The position numbers and the translations under genes were made by a program. From an uncultured Actinomycetes bacterium (GTDB lineage: Bacteria > Actinomycetota > Acidimicrobiia > IMCC26256 > DASPTH01), in the NCBI GenBank assembly GCA_963726965.1, contig CAVSEI010000006.1, positions 268,159-332,158 of the forward strand: DNA of 64,000 nucleotides. Reading direction: 5' to 3'. The notes under the pieces were generated by a model. It made no database searches and was not told the DNA's origin. It was given only the letters and a program-made list of their open reading frames with translations. Within the stretch, counting starts at the first letter, position 1. Every line of letters begins with the position of its first letter. Below, in pieces: positions 42,757 through 56,634 of this stretch.

Positions 42757-43236
42757 CTACTCGACCGTGACGGCCTGGGCCTCGACCGTGCGGACAGGGT
42801 GCGAACGGGTGGCCCAGTCGGCGCCGCCCTCCCAGTGCTCGCGTTTCCAGATCGGGACCGTCTCCTTGAGGGTGTCGATACAGAACCGTGCTGCCTCGAA
42901 CGCCTCGGGCCGATGCGGCGACGACACGACCACCGCGACCGACGTCTCCGAGAGCTCGAGGTCCCCGATCCGGTGGAGCAGCGCGACCCGGTCCACGACC
43001 GGCCACCGCGTGCGAGCGGCCGCGGCCACCGCCGCGAGCTTGGCGGCGGCTGCTTCCTCGTACGCCTCGTAGGTCAAGGCGCGCACGCCGTCGCGTCCGT
43101 CAGAGTTGTCGCGCACGACGCCGAGGAACACCACGACGGCGCCGCTGCCCGAGGTCGTCGCCCAGGACGTGGCCACGTCGACTGGCAGCGGGTCCTCGCT
43201 GACCGCGATCCAGTCGGCGGTGGCGGGTGGTTGCAC
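42757..43236 (-). CDS. moaE: molybdopterin synthase catalytic subunit MoaE
   Basis: GTG 43236 within ORF 42757..43485. AVVVFLGVVRDN, LTYEAYEEAA, SVAVVVSSPHRPEAFEAARFCIDTLKETVPIWKRE. Confidence 0.85.
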   Translation of the reverse strand: MQPPATADWIAVSEDPLPVDVATSWATTSGSGAVVVFLGVVRDNSDGRDGVRALTYEAYEEAAAAKLAAVAAAARTRWPVVDRVALLHRIGDLELSETSVAVVVSSPHRPEAFEAARFCIDTLKETVPIWKREHWEGGADWATRSHPVRTVEAQAVTVE

Positions 43237-43341
43237 GACGCCATCGTAGTGAAGAGGGGGTCGCCAGCGCCCTGCGACCCCACCCTCCAGCGCGCCGAGG
43301 GCGACGAGGAAGGGCCAGGAGGCCTCGGTACACTCCGCGCC

Positions 43342-44556
43342 ATGTCCCCTGAGGAGTCCGGAGGTGACGGCGCGCCCGAGCCCGACGACGCCCCGAGCGG
43401 CCCTCGCCCCGATCCCCTCGATCGACCGTGGGTCCATCCCTCCGAACTCAGTTCGTTCGTCGCTTCGCCCGAATTGCCCCCCCACGAAGCACGGCCACGC
43501 GAGTGGGCCATCGGCGTCGGCTCCGCCGTCGCCGCGATCATCGCCACCGTCCTCGTGCTCGTCGCGTTCGGCGCCCTCGGAGGCCGCAATCGCTCGCCGA
43601 TACCCCCGCCCGTCGTCAGCAGCCCCAACGACGTCATCGACTACACGGTGGCCAAGCGGGTGGGAGCCGTCGTCGCGCCGAGCGTGGTCACCGTTCGCGC
43701 CGGTGGGGAGTCACCGAAGCCGGTCGGTTCGGGTGTGGTGCTGCAATCCGATCGCGTGATGACCGCTGCTCACCTCCTCACCGACGCGACCAAGGTCGAC
43801 GTCGTGACCCCGACCGGCGCGACCTTGACCGCGAAGATCATCGGCGTCGACGCGCAGACCGACCTTGCGCTGCTCGACGTCAGCGGTGGCGACGACCTCG
43901 CGTTGGCCCCGATCGGCTCGGCGAACCCGCTCCAGGTGGGTCAGACGGTGGTGGCGGTGTCCCGGATCCACGTGAGCCGGTACCGGCTGGGGATCAACAT
44001 CGTCTCGGACCGCAACATCATGACCGCCACGGGCACCGGGGTCGACGTGGCCGGTCTGGTCGAGACGGGGATCACCGCGGCTCCAGACATGGCCGGCGGC
44101 GCGCTCGTCGATCAGAACGGGACGGTCGTCGGCATCCTCACGTATGCGGTCGCGGCCACACCGGACGGCGCGAGTCCCACTGCGCTCGCGATCCCGGCGT
44201 CGACGATCCGCGACGTCGAAGACCAGTTCGACGGCAGCGGCAAGGTCAGTCACGGATGGATGGGGGTGCTGTGCGCCACGGAGGACGCGGACCGAGGCGA
44301 CGGCGGAGCGCAGATCGCTCTCGTCGTTCCCGACAGTCCGGCCGAGAAGGCCGGCCTCCGCGCCAACGACATCGTCGTGAAGGCCGGCGGGGAAGCGGTG
44401 GCGAGCCGATCCGATCTCATCGCCGCGACCCGGAGCCTTCGAACCCAGGATCGCCTCGAGATCCAGTATCTGCGCGACGGCCACATCAAGGACACGACGG
44501 TCACCCTCGGCGCGGGCAACCCCACGATCCTTGCCGCGTGGCCGGGCATGGGGTGA
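43342..44556 (+). CDS. HtrA/S1C-like PDZ protein with Ala at the catalytic-Ser position
   Basis: ATG 43342 within ORF 42520..44556. TM anchor, then TAAHLL (His), DLALLDV (Asp) and ITAAPDMAGGALVDQNGTVVGI where family members have GNSGGPL. A C-terminal PDZ domain (VVPDSPAEKAGLRANDIVV) follows. Uninterrupted. Confidence 0.8.
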   Translation: MSPEESGGDGAPEPDDAPSGPRPDPLDRPWVHPSELSSFVASPELPPHEARPREWAIGVGSAVAAIIATVLVLVAFGALGGRNRSPIPPPVVSSPNDVIDYTVAKRVGAVVAPSVVTVRAGGESPKPVGSGVVLQSDRVMTAAHLLTDATKVDVVTPTGATLTAKIIGVDAQTDLALLDVSGGDDLALAPIGSANPLQVGQTVVAVSRIHVSRYRLGINIVSDRNIMTATGTGVDVAGLVETGITAAPDMAGGALVDQNGTVVGILTYAVAATPDGASPTALAIPASTIRDVEDQFDGSGKVSHGWMGVLCATEDADRGDGGAQIALVVPDSPAEKAGLRANDIVVKAGGEAVASRSDLIAATRSLRTQDRLEIQYLRDGHIKDTTVTLGAGNPTILAAWPGMG

Positions 44557-44614
44557 GCCCGGCGGCAACTCGGCGAATTGCTCGCTCGCGGCCATTCCGC
44601 GCGACCATGAGGTC

Positions 44615-45679
<1,065 letters not shown>

Positions 45680-45689
45680 TCGAGGGTCG

Positions 45690-46864
45690 TTGATCGACGT
45701 CGAGCGCATCCGGGCCGAGACGCCCGGCTGTCGCGACGTGGTGCACCTCAACAATGCTGGGGCGGCGCTCCCACCACGCGTCGTGGTCGACACCGTCATC
45801 GAGCACCTCGAGCTCGAAGCGCGTGTCGGTGGATACGCGGCCGCGGACCTCGCGGCGGAACGGTCGGCGGCGGTGTACGCGTCGATTGCGGCGCTGATCG
45901 GCGCCCGGACCGACGAGCTCGCGCTGGTCGAGAACGCAACGCGTGCCTGGGACATGGCGTTCTACGCGCTGGCCGCGTCGTTCGTGCCCGGCGATCGCAT
46001 CCTCACGTCGCGCAGCGAGTACGCCAGCAACGTGATCGGGTTCCTCCAGGTCGCGGCGCGCACCGGCACGAGCGTCGAGGTGATCCCGGACGACGAGACC
46101 GGGCAGCTCTCGGTCGAAGCCCTGCGCGGCATGCTCGACGATCGGGTCCGGCTGCTGGCCATCTCGTGGATCCCGACGCAGGGTGGCCTGGTGAACCCCG
46201 CCGCGGCCGTCGGCACCGTCGCCCGCGAGGCCGGGGTCCCCTATCTGCTCGACGCCTGCCAGGCGGTCGGACAGCTCCCCGTCGACGTCGACGCGCTCGG
46301 CTGCGACTTCCTCTCCGCCACCGGCCGCAAGTACCTCCGAGCGCCCGCGCGGAACCGGCTTTCTCTACGTGCGCCGATCCCGGTTGCTCGACCTCGAGCC
46401 TCCGTTCCTCGACGTGCATGCCGCGCAATGGCTCAGTGGCGACCGGATCGTGATCCGCGACGACGCGCGCCGGTTCGAGAGCTGGGAACACAGCGTCGCC
46501 AACCGGCTCGGCCTCGGCGCCGCAGTGGACTACGCGCGGTCGGTGGGGATCGACGCAATCGCGCAGCGGGTCACCACGCTGGCCGCGTCACTCCGCGAGC
46601 AGCTCGCCGCGCTCCCGGGCCTCAGTCTGCACGACCTCGGACGCGATCGGTGCGGGATCGTCACGTTCACCATCGACGGTGTCGATCCGTACGCGCTCGC
46701 GGCGCGCCTCCGCGAGGAAGGAATCAACATCTCGGTGTCAACCATCGACTTCGCCCGCTACGACTTCGAAGCCCACGGGCTCGACGCGGTCGCGCGTGCG
46801 TCGGTGCACTACTACAACAGTGAAGAGGAACTCGAGCGGTTCGTCAGCCGCGCTGCGTCGTTGA
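45690..46864 (+). pseudogene. class-V aminotransferase-fold PLP enzyme (cysteine desulfurase / epimerase-like), at least 1 frame break near 46345; 3' end uncertain
   Basis: VVHLNNAGAALPP, LLAISWIPTQGGLVNP and FLSATGRKYLR (PLP Lys) in ORF 45564..46823. FLYVRRSRLLDLEPPFLD...SVHYYNSEEELERFV in ORF 46369..47070. The written frame runs 250 nt into the convergent gene, so a stop near 46864 (other frame) is assumed. Confidence 0.75.
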
Positions 46865-48418
46865 TCTGCTCGAGCGTCCGCTCGACGTCCCAACCGTGGT
46901 GCACCGCGTCGTGCGCGGGTCCACGCGTGATCTCCGCCGCGGTGAGCGTTCCGCGTTCGGCGTGGAGGAACACGAGCGAACCTGCGAGCGCTCGCCGGGC
47001 GGCCGCCGCCCATTCGGACGTCGCCGACCGCACGGACCACAGCGCCGACTGCAGCGACATGTCCTCGTAGTGCCGCGCGGCCGCCAACTCGTCCTGGTCG
47101 TAGGCCACGAGGGTCGGTGACGCGCCCGCCGCCACGCCTTCGATGCGCTCGGCGAAGATTCGCAGGTTGTCGGCCACGTGGAACAGGTAGGACTTGACCG
47201 ACCAGGCACGATCGGGATCTCTCTCGTCTCCCGTGCGCCCCGCGAGCAGCGCGTCGAACTGGTCCGGCAGACGTTCGACGTCCGCGATCACGACTTCGGG
47301 CGCGTCGGTCCAGACGAACCCGCACTCCCGGCACGGGTCCCCGTATTCGGACACCCACCACTCGTTCTCGATCATGAACGCGACGACGTCGCGCTTCCGG
47401 CGACGAACGACGACGACCACTGCGCCGATCGCGACCAAAGCCGCGCCGGCACCGGCGGCGGCGGCCGGCGCGCGGTCGCGCGGTGGCAACGACGCGACCG
47501 CCTCGAGGATCGCGTCGGCGTTGGAGTGCACGGGGGTCCAGCCCTCGGCCTTCAGCTTGTCGTTGGCGATCACCCACGGGTCGGTGAGGTAGGGCACGAC
47601 ACCCGGCGGGATGTCGCCGAGCCCGAGCTCCCACGTGCGCGCCAACATGCGCTCCATCGCCTCCGCCGGGAGCGCCGGTACCCGGGATCCCGGAATGAGC
47701 TCGCGGAGCTCGTCGGCGTCGATCCAGCCGTCAGCCGCCACGTTGTAGACGCCAGGCAGGTCTCGGGTCGCCACCAGCGCCAGCGCGGCGGCGAGATCGT
47801 CGACGTGCACCACCTGCACCGGCAACGAGGCGCCCCGGACGCGGAGCGGTGGGCGCCCGAGGAGGATGCGGGCCGGGAGTCGCTCGGCGCCGGGCCCGAC
47901 GACCGGCGCGGAGCGGAGGGTGGTGACCGTCACCTCGGGATGCTCGCCCCGCCACTCGGCGAGGAGCCGCTCGACCTCGGCGCCCTGCACGGCCGGCGAG
48001 AAGTGCGGATTGGGCCGGAGCGCAGCCGTCTCGGTGAGGGGTACCGGGTTGTTGGGCCACGCGCCGTAGACCGTGGCGCTCGAGATCCGCACGATGCGCC
48101 GCACACCGACGGAGGCCGCCGCGTCGAGCACACGACGGGTTCCCTCGACGTTGACTCGAGCCATCAGGCTGACGTCAGGCACCGGGTCGACGACGCCGGC
48201 GAGGTGCACGACGACGTCGATGCCGTCCAACAGCGGCTTCAACTCGGTGCCGGCGATGTCGACGCGCGCGCGAACTCGATGTTCCGCGGACGTCGTTCCG
48301 GTTCGCGCACGTCGAGTCCGAGCACACGCTCGACATCGGGATGCGCGGCGAGCACCGGGAGGAGATGGTGACCCACGAGACCGGATGCGCCGGTGACCGC
48401 GACGGAATGCACCCCCAT
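46812..48418 (-). pseudogene. fusion-type protein: NAD-dependent epimerase/dehydratase domain + TM helix + DinB-like domain; one frame break near 48270
   Basis: MGVHSVAVTGASGLVGHHL from ATG 48418, then ORF 46812..48422 (SSATVYG, VHVDDLA). This is followed by GAGAALVAIGAVVVVVRRRKR and a 190-aa domain with YLFHVADNLRIFAERI...AHDAVHHGWDV. Confidence 0.7.
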
Positions 48419-48429
48419 ACACTGACCGC

Positions 48430-49792
48430 GTGAGCGATCCGTCTCAACCTGGAGACCCCGAGGGACCAGAAGATCCCTTCCCCTCCGGTCCTCCCGACTC
48501 GCCCATACCGGGCGTACCGGCCTTCCTGTTCGGTGGGGGACCTGGAGGTGGCGAGTTCGACCTCTCGAAGATCGACCTCTCGCAGATCGACCTCGGGCAG
48601 GTCATGCGGTTGCTGCAGTCCGATGGCCCGGTCAACTGGGAGATCGCCCGCCAAACCGCCGAATGGGTCGCGCTCGAAGGCGCATCCGAACCGACGGTGA
48701 CCGCACGCGACCGCGAACAGTTCGAGGAACTCGCACATGCCGCGCAGACGCTCGTCGTCGGCGAGACCGGGCTCGCGGCGACGTTCGCGACCACGCTGAC
48801 GACCGTCGGGCCCAAAGGCTGGGTCGACATGCACCTGGTCGCGCTGCGCCCGGTGCTCGAAGCGTTGGCGACCAACTTGGGAGAGACGATGCGGCGCGCG
48901 GGCGAGGAAGCCGACGCCGACGAACCCACCCCGGAGGAGATGGCAGGCACGCCGTTCGCGGCGATGGCGGGTCTGGGCGGCATCGGGAACATGCTCGGCC
49001 TGCTGGCGCCCGCGTTGCTCGGCGTGCAGGCGGGCTCGATGATCGGGTACCTGGCGCAGCACGCTCTCGGTCGCTACGACCTGCCGCTCCCGACCGGTCC
49101 GGCGCCCGATCACCGCGCCACTGGTGGTGACGCGCCGAGCCTCTGCTTCGTGGTGTCGAACATCGACAGGTTCGAAACCGAATGGTCACTTCCACGCGAC
49201 GACCTCCGCTTCTACGTCGCGCTCCACGAAGCCGTGCACGCGGCGACGCGATCGGTGCCGTGGGTACGCGGGCGCCTCGTGCAACTCGCGGTCGACTACG
49301 TGTCGAGCTACGAGGTCGATCCGTCGGCGTTCGAAGCCGAGTTCGGCGTGATCGACCCCGAGGATCCCGAGGCGATGCAACGGATGACCGAGAACCCGGA
49401 GCGCGTCCTGGGTGCCATGCAGTCGCCCCAGCAGGTCGCGCCCGCGAGAAGCGCTGCAGCGACTCACGTCGGTGATCGAGGGATACGCCGACCTCGTGCT
49501 CGCCCGGGTCGGCCAGCGGCTCATCCCCACCTTCGACCAGATCCACGAGGCCATGCAGCGCCACCGGGTCGAGCGCGGCGAAGCCGAACGGTTCATCGAG
49601 ACGCTGCTCGGTCTCAAACTCGAGCGCACCCATTACGAGCGCGGGCAGGCGTTCATCGACGGAGTCGTCGAGCGCGCCGGCATCGACGGATTGAACCGGC
49701 TCTGGGAGCGAGAAACCATGCTGCCCACGCCGAACGAGCTCGACGCCCCCGGGCTCTGGCTGGCCCGCATCGACCTGCCCGGCCCAGACTGA
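48430..49792 (+). pseudogene. zinc metalloprotease-like protein (DUF2342-type, HExxH), one frame break near 49440
   Basis: FYVALHEAVHAATRSVPW in ORF 48430..49893. The C-terminus LQRLTSVIEGYADLV...GLKLERTHYERGQAFIDGVV is in ORF 49412..49792. Confidence 0.7.
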
Positions 49793-49889
49793 ACGGATCG
49801 ACCGTCCACCCGCACCGACAGCTCGCGTCGCGAACGGAGCGGAGCGGAGGCGGAGCCGAGTGGAGTGGGAGCGGAGTGGGAGCAGAGCA

Positions 49890-50627
49890 TTGAAAGTCGG
49901 CGTGTTGGGTGCGGGGGTCATGGGCGCGGGGATCGCACAGGTGACCGCGACCGCGGGGTTCGAGACGGTCTGTTACGACATCGACGCGAGCGCGCTCGAG
50001 CGCGGCCTCGAGCACGTCACGACCGGTCGGTACGGCTTCGAGCGCGGGATCGAGCGTGGGAAGCTCACCCGCGACGCCGCCGACGCGGCGCGGGCGCGGT
50101 TGTCGTTCACGACGTCATTCGACGAAGCGGCCGTCGTCGATCTGGTGATCGAGGCAGTCCCGGAGAAGCTGGAACTCAAGCAACAGGTGTTCCGCGAACT
50201 CGACGCCGCCGCGCCGCCCGGCACGGTGTTGGCGTCGAACACCTCGGGGTTCCCGATCGCACAGATCGCCGCAGTCACGAAGCGCCCTGAGCTGGTGATC
50301 GGGTGGCACTGGGCGTCGCCTCCCGCGGTGATGCGCCTGGCCGAGATCGTCCGGACGTCCCTGACCAGCGACGCCGCGGTGCAGATGGTCGTCGACACCG
50401 CGACCGCGTGCGGGAAGAACCCGGTCGTGATCACCGATGCGCCGAGCGGCGCATGGGGCTTCGTCGCCAACCGCGTCTACATGGCGATGATCCAGGAGGC
50501 GAACCGCTGCCTCGAAGAGGGCATCGCCACGCGCGAGCAGATCGACATGTTGATGGTCGACTGCTTCCGGTGGCCGGTCGGGCCGTTCGGGATGGTGCAG
50601 GGCGCAACGACCGGGTGGGGTCAGTAG
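49890..50627 (+). CDS. 3-hydroxyacyl-CoA dehydrogenase family protein
   Basis: KVGVLGAGVMGAGIAQV (Rossmann), EAVPEKLELKQQVF, ASNTSGFPI. Intact. The start is TTG 49890 or GTG 49860. Confidence 0.85.
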   Translation: MKVGVLGAGVMGAGIAQVTATAGFETVCYDIDASALERGLEHVTTGRYGFERGIERGKLTRDAADAARARLSFTTSFDEAAVVDLVIEAVPEKLELKQQVFRELDAAAPPGTVLASNTSGFPIAQIAAVTKRPELVIGWHWASPPAVMRLAEIVRTSLTSDAAVQMVVDTATACGKNPVVITDAPSGAWGFVANRVYMAMIQEANRCLEEGIATREQIDMLMVDCFRWPVGPFGMVQGATTGWGQ

Positions 50628-50631
50628 CCGT

Positions 50632-51956
50632 TCAGCGCTCGGTGGGTGGGGTCTCGTGGCGTGAGCGCGCCGGCTTGCGGAACCGACGCCGGACGCGATC
50701 GACGGCCTGATCGCGCGACCGCGAGATCGTGCGGTCGACGGCCTCAGGCAGCAACTTCGAACGCATGACCCGCCCACGCGCGGCACGCAACGCGGCGACG
50801 TATGACACCGCGGCGAAGCCGAGCGTCACCGCGAGCAGGAAGAGACCCATCTGCTTGGCGAACGGGATGATGGCGATGATCCCGCCGATCACCCACACCA
50901 GTTGGAAACGGGTCTCGAACTTGGCGAACGCTCGGCCACGCGCCGCATCGGGACCGTCGCGCTGGAGCAGGCTGTCGAAGCCGAGACGTCCGGCCCCCGC
51001 GCCCAGGGCGAGGGTGAATGCGGCCATGACGAAGCCGGCGGCACCGGCGACGAACGCGCCGAGCAGGGCGAAGGTCGCGGGTACGACCAGCGCTGACGCG
51101 AGCATCACCTCCTCGCGTGCGGAACGCCGCAAGACCGGTGCGAGCACGACGCCGATGAAGTTGCCGAGGATGCTCGCGGCACCGACGAAGAACGAGCGCG
51201 AGGATGTCGTTCTTCAGGGAGAAGGCGGTGAAGAACACGAGGAATCCGATGCACCGCGCGAAGCACTGCCATCGCGCTCCCTCCGAGCAGGATGCTCGGA
51301 GTGTGCATCTCGAGCCGTTCGAGCTTCTCCTGGCGCGCGTCGGCCGGCGTGCTGAGGCGCACTTTCGGGATCTGCAACGCCAGGACGGCGGCGATCGCGA
51401 AGACGACCGCGCCGAGCCGCAACGACCAGTCCGCGCCGAACAGGTGGTACACCGCGGCCGCCGGGAGACCTCCCACCGCGGCCGCGATGACGCTCACGAG
51501 CGCGAGGCGTGAGTTGGCATTGACCAGTTCGGCGTCGTCCTTGACGAGCGTGGGCACGAGCGCGCTCTTTGCGATCTGTGCTCCCTTGGCCAGCACGAGC
51601 ACGGCGAACGCGAGCGGATAGACCAGCAGACCTTCCGGCGCCGGCTTGGTGATGTACATCGCCATCCCGAGACACAGCAGGGCACGACCACCCGCGGAGA
51701 CGATCATGAGGAGGCGGCGGCCACCCTTGGTGCGGTCGAGCGCAGGGCCCAGGATCGGCGCCACGATCGCGAACGGCGCCATCGTGATGAGGAGATAGAG
51801 GAGGACCTTGCCGCGGGCGGCGCTCGTCGGGCTCTGGAAGAAGAGCGAACCGGCCAATGACACCGTGAGGCACGCGTCGCCGCAGACGCTCACGGCCTGG
51901 GCGTACACGAGGCGGGCGAACGGCGTGGGCTCGGCGAAGCGGGGATCGGTGCTCAT
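50632..51956 (-). pseudogene. MFS transporter, 2-3 frame breaks (51150-51260)
   Basis: ORF 51105..51956 (6 TM; LDRTKGGRRLL loop), a fragment in ORF 50744..51238 (FFTAFSLKNDI) and ORF 50632..51147 (further TM helices) tile one ~440-aa transporter. Confidence 0.75.
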
Positions 51957-52035
51957 TTCCCTCCTGGACGTTAGCCCTCGCTCTGGTGACCTTCGGCCCA
52001 GTTCGCGGCCCGGATCGGAGGAGTAGGATTGGCCG

Positions 52036-54169
<2,134 letters not shown>

Positions 54170-54179
54170 CGCCGACGCG

Positions 54180-55687
54180 ATGTCGAAGACCACGGCACCG
54201 GTGCAGGAACGCGAGCTGAAGTTCACACCGGGGCCGTCGTTCACTATGCCCGATCTCCAGGTCGTCGGTGCCGACATCACCATCGAGCCGGCAGAGACGT
54301 TGCGTCTCCAGGCCGCGTACTTCGACACCGCCGACCTGCGCCTGGCCCGTTCCGGCGCGAGCCTCCGCTACCGAAACGATGAAGGGTGGACGGTCAAGCA
54401 CAAGATCTCCTCCGACCTCATGCTCGTCCGCTCGGAGCTGCATCTCGGCGGGGAACCGGGCGATCCCCCCGAGGCCGCGATCGACATGGTGCACGCGCTG
54501 ATCCGCCGCGAGCCGCTGGCGTTGGCGGCTCGGCTCAACACCGTTCGCCACCGCGTGGTGATGCGTGATGGCGGCGGCGCGCAACTCGCCGAGTTGGTCG
54601 ACGACGAGGTCTCGGTGCTGTACGGCGCGCGGCTCGCGGCTCGCTTTCGCGAGCTCGAGGTCGAGTTCACCGACCGGGCCGAGCCCGCGTTGATCAGCGC
54701 CGTCGCCGAGCAGCTTCGCGCTGCCGGTGCCGGCGAGCCCGAACAGATCCCGAAGATCGTGCGCGCGCTCGGCCCCGCGCGCTGGATCCGCCCGATCTCG
54801 CACCGCCGGACCCTCTCGACTTCGCTTCGACACCGCTCGACGTGTTGCGCGCCGCGATCGCCACCTCCACCGCGCGGCTCATCGCACACGACCCCGCCGT
54901 CCGCATCGGCACCGATCCCGAGGGTGTCCACCAGGCGCGCGTCGCCACCCGCCGGCTGCGGTCAGATCTGCGGACGTTCGGATCCGTGGTCGATCCCGAG
55001 TGGGATGCGTCCCTGCGCGCCGAACTGCAGTGGTTGGGCGCCCTCCTCGGGGCCGTGCGCGACACCGACGTCCTCCTCGACCGCCTCGAAGGGCGCCTCC
55101 AGACGCTGCCCCCCACGGAGCTGGACGCCGGCAAGCACCTGCTGGAAGGTTTGCGCGATCACCGCAGCCGGGCGCGTGACGAACTGCTCACCGCGATGCG
55201 ATCGGACCGTTACCACGCGTTGCTCGACCGCCTGGTCGCCGCGGCCCGACACGTTCCCCCGTCGGACGACGCCTCCGCGCTCGACGTCGAGCTCGGAGGT
55301 CTGGTGCGCGCGCCCTGGCGCAAGCTCCGGGCCGCCGTCGAAGGGCTCGGCGACGATCCCGCCGACGAAGCCCTGCACGCCGTGCGCATCCGGGCCAAGC
55401 GATGTCGCTACGCGGCCGAGGCGGTGGCGCCTGCGGTCGGAAAGGCCGCCAAGCGATTCGCCGAGGGCGTCGAAGGGGTCCAAGAAGTGCTCGGTGAGCA
55501 CCAGGACGCCGTGGTCGCGGGCCAGTGGCTTCGGGCCCACGCCACGGACGGTGGCGGCAGTGTCGAGCGGGCGTTCGTTGCCGGCGAGCTGGCGGCCCTC
55601 GAAGACGTCGCGGCACGGGAATCCCGCGCCGCGTGGCCCGACGCGTGGGTCGCGGCGCGTCGAAGTGGCTTGCGCCACTGGATGTGA
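54180..55687 (+). pseudogene. CYTH + CHAD two-domain protein, one frame break near 54785
   Basis: The CYTH N-terminus ERELKF...LRYR...WTVK is in ORF 54180.. The CHAD part (GVHQARVATRRLRSDLR, HAVRIRAKRCRYAAE, LGEHQDAVV) is in ORF 54842..55687. Confidence 0.85.
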
Positions 55688-56097
55688 GCGCTCCGCCCAC
55701 GATCCGAGCCGCCGGCGGCATCGTGCACCGACACGCCTCCGACGGGAGCTGGCAGATCCTGCTCGTCCACCGACCCCGGTACGACGACTGGAGCCTGCCC
55801 AAAGGAAAAGCCGACCGCGGCGAGCGCGACGAAGAAACCGCGCTGCGTGAGGTCGAGGAGGAAACCGGCCTACGCTGTCTCCTCGGTGACGAAGCGGGCG
55901 AGACTCGCTATCGCGACTCGAAGGGACGCTCGAAGATCGTGCGGTATTGGATGATGCAGCCTCCTCTCGATGCGAACGGCGGCTTCACGCCGAACGACGA
56001 GGTCGATTCGGTGCAGTGGTGCACTCGGGCCGAAGCCGCGCAGCTCCTGTCGTACCCGCACGATCGCAAACTGCTGCAGCGGATTTCAGAGCCGTGA
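55684..56097 (+). CDS. NUDIX hydrolase
   Basis: The GTG at 55684 overlaps the upstream stop. The Nudix box GKADRGERDEETALREVEEETGL is present. Intact. Confidence 0.85.
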   Translation: MSAPPTIRAAGGIVHRHASDGSWQILLVHRPRYDDWSLPKGKADRGERDEETALREVEEETGLRCLLGDEAGETRYRDSKGRSKIVRYWMMQPPLDANGGFTPNDEVDSVQWCTRAEAAQLLSYPHDRKLLQRISEP

Positions 56098-56558
56098 GCA
56101 TCTACCTCGTCCGCCACGCCCGCGCCGGCTCGCGCCAGCGGTGGAAGAAGGACGACGCACTCCGTCCGTTGTCGAAGGTCGGCCAGACCCAGGCCAAGGG
56201 CATCGCGGCGACCCTGGGCGATCACCCCATCGACCGCATCGTCACCAGTCCGTTCGTGCGTTGTCTCCAGACGGTCGATCCGCTGTCGAGCACGGTGGGT
56301 GTCTCGGTCGAGACCTCCGACGCGATCGCGGAAGGTGCTCGACTCTCCCAAGCGCTGCGGTTGGTCGAGAAGCTGTTCGATCAGGATTCCGTCCTGTGTA
56401 CCCACGGGGACGTGATGCGCGACCTGCTCGATCACTTCGCGCGTCATGGCGTGAAACTGCGCGATCACCGGATGGAGAAGGGCTCGATCTGGGTCCTCGA
56501 CATCGACGACGGTGCCGTGACGGGCGCACGCTACCTTCCGCCCCCGACGACACACTGA
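56094..56558 (+). CDS. histidine phosphatase (SixA-type)
   Basis: GTGA overlap with the Nudix stop. VSIYLVRHARAG (RHx motif) and LCTHGDV. Intact. Confidence 0.8.
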   Translation: MSIYLVRHARAGSRQRWKKDDALRPLSKVGQTQAKGIAATLGDHPIDRIVTSPFVRCLQTVDPLSSTVGVSVETSDAIAEGARLSQALRLVEKLFDQDSVLCTHGDVMRDLLDHFARHGVKLRDHRMEKGSIWVLDIDDGAVTGARYLPPPTTH

Positions 56559-56634
56559 AGCTTCACCCCCCGTTCACCGCTCCGTCGTCGTCCGGACGAA
56601 CGGTGCACGAGTAGGCGCCGCTACCGTGGGTTCC

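Noticed and set aside
40754-43006. 750-aa minus-strand track ORF read as one protein
   Set aside because: The upstream two-thirds overlap mreB and moaE out of frame and are Arg/Gly/Pro-rich. Only the last ~330 aa (TM domain plus DUF2510 repeats) look genuine.
46864-47070. Extension of the class-V aminotransferase ORF to 47070
   Set aside because: It would overlap the well-conserved C-terminus of the convergent gene by ~250 nt, and the extension is Ser/Arg/Cys-rich with no motif. A lost stop near 46864 is assumed.
49800-49890. GGAG/GAGTGGGAGC-rich direct repeats upstream of the 3-hydroxyacyl-CoA dehydrogenase gene
   Set aside because: It is short, low-complexity purine-rich sequence with two ~11-nt copies only. 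It has no spacers or dyad symmetry and is not distinguishable from an extended RBS or leader region.
56559-56634. Possible terminator hairpin after the SixA gene (CCGTTC…GAACGG)
   Set aside because: It has a 6-bp stem, a ~21-nt loop and no U-tract, which is too weak to call.
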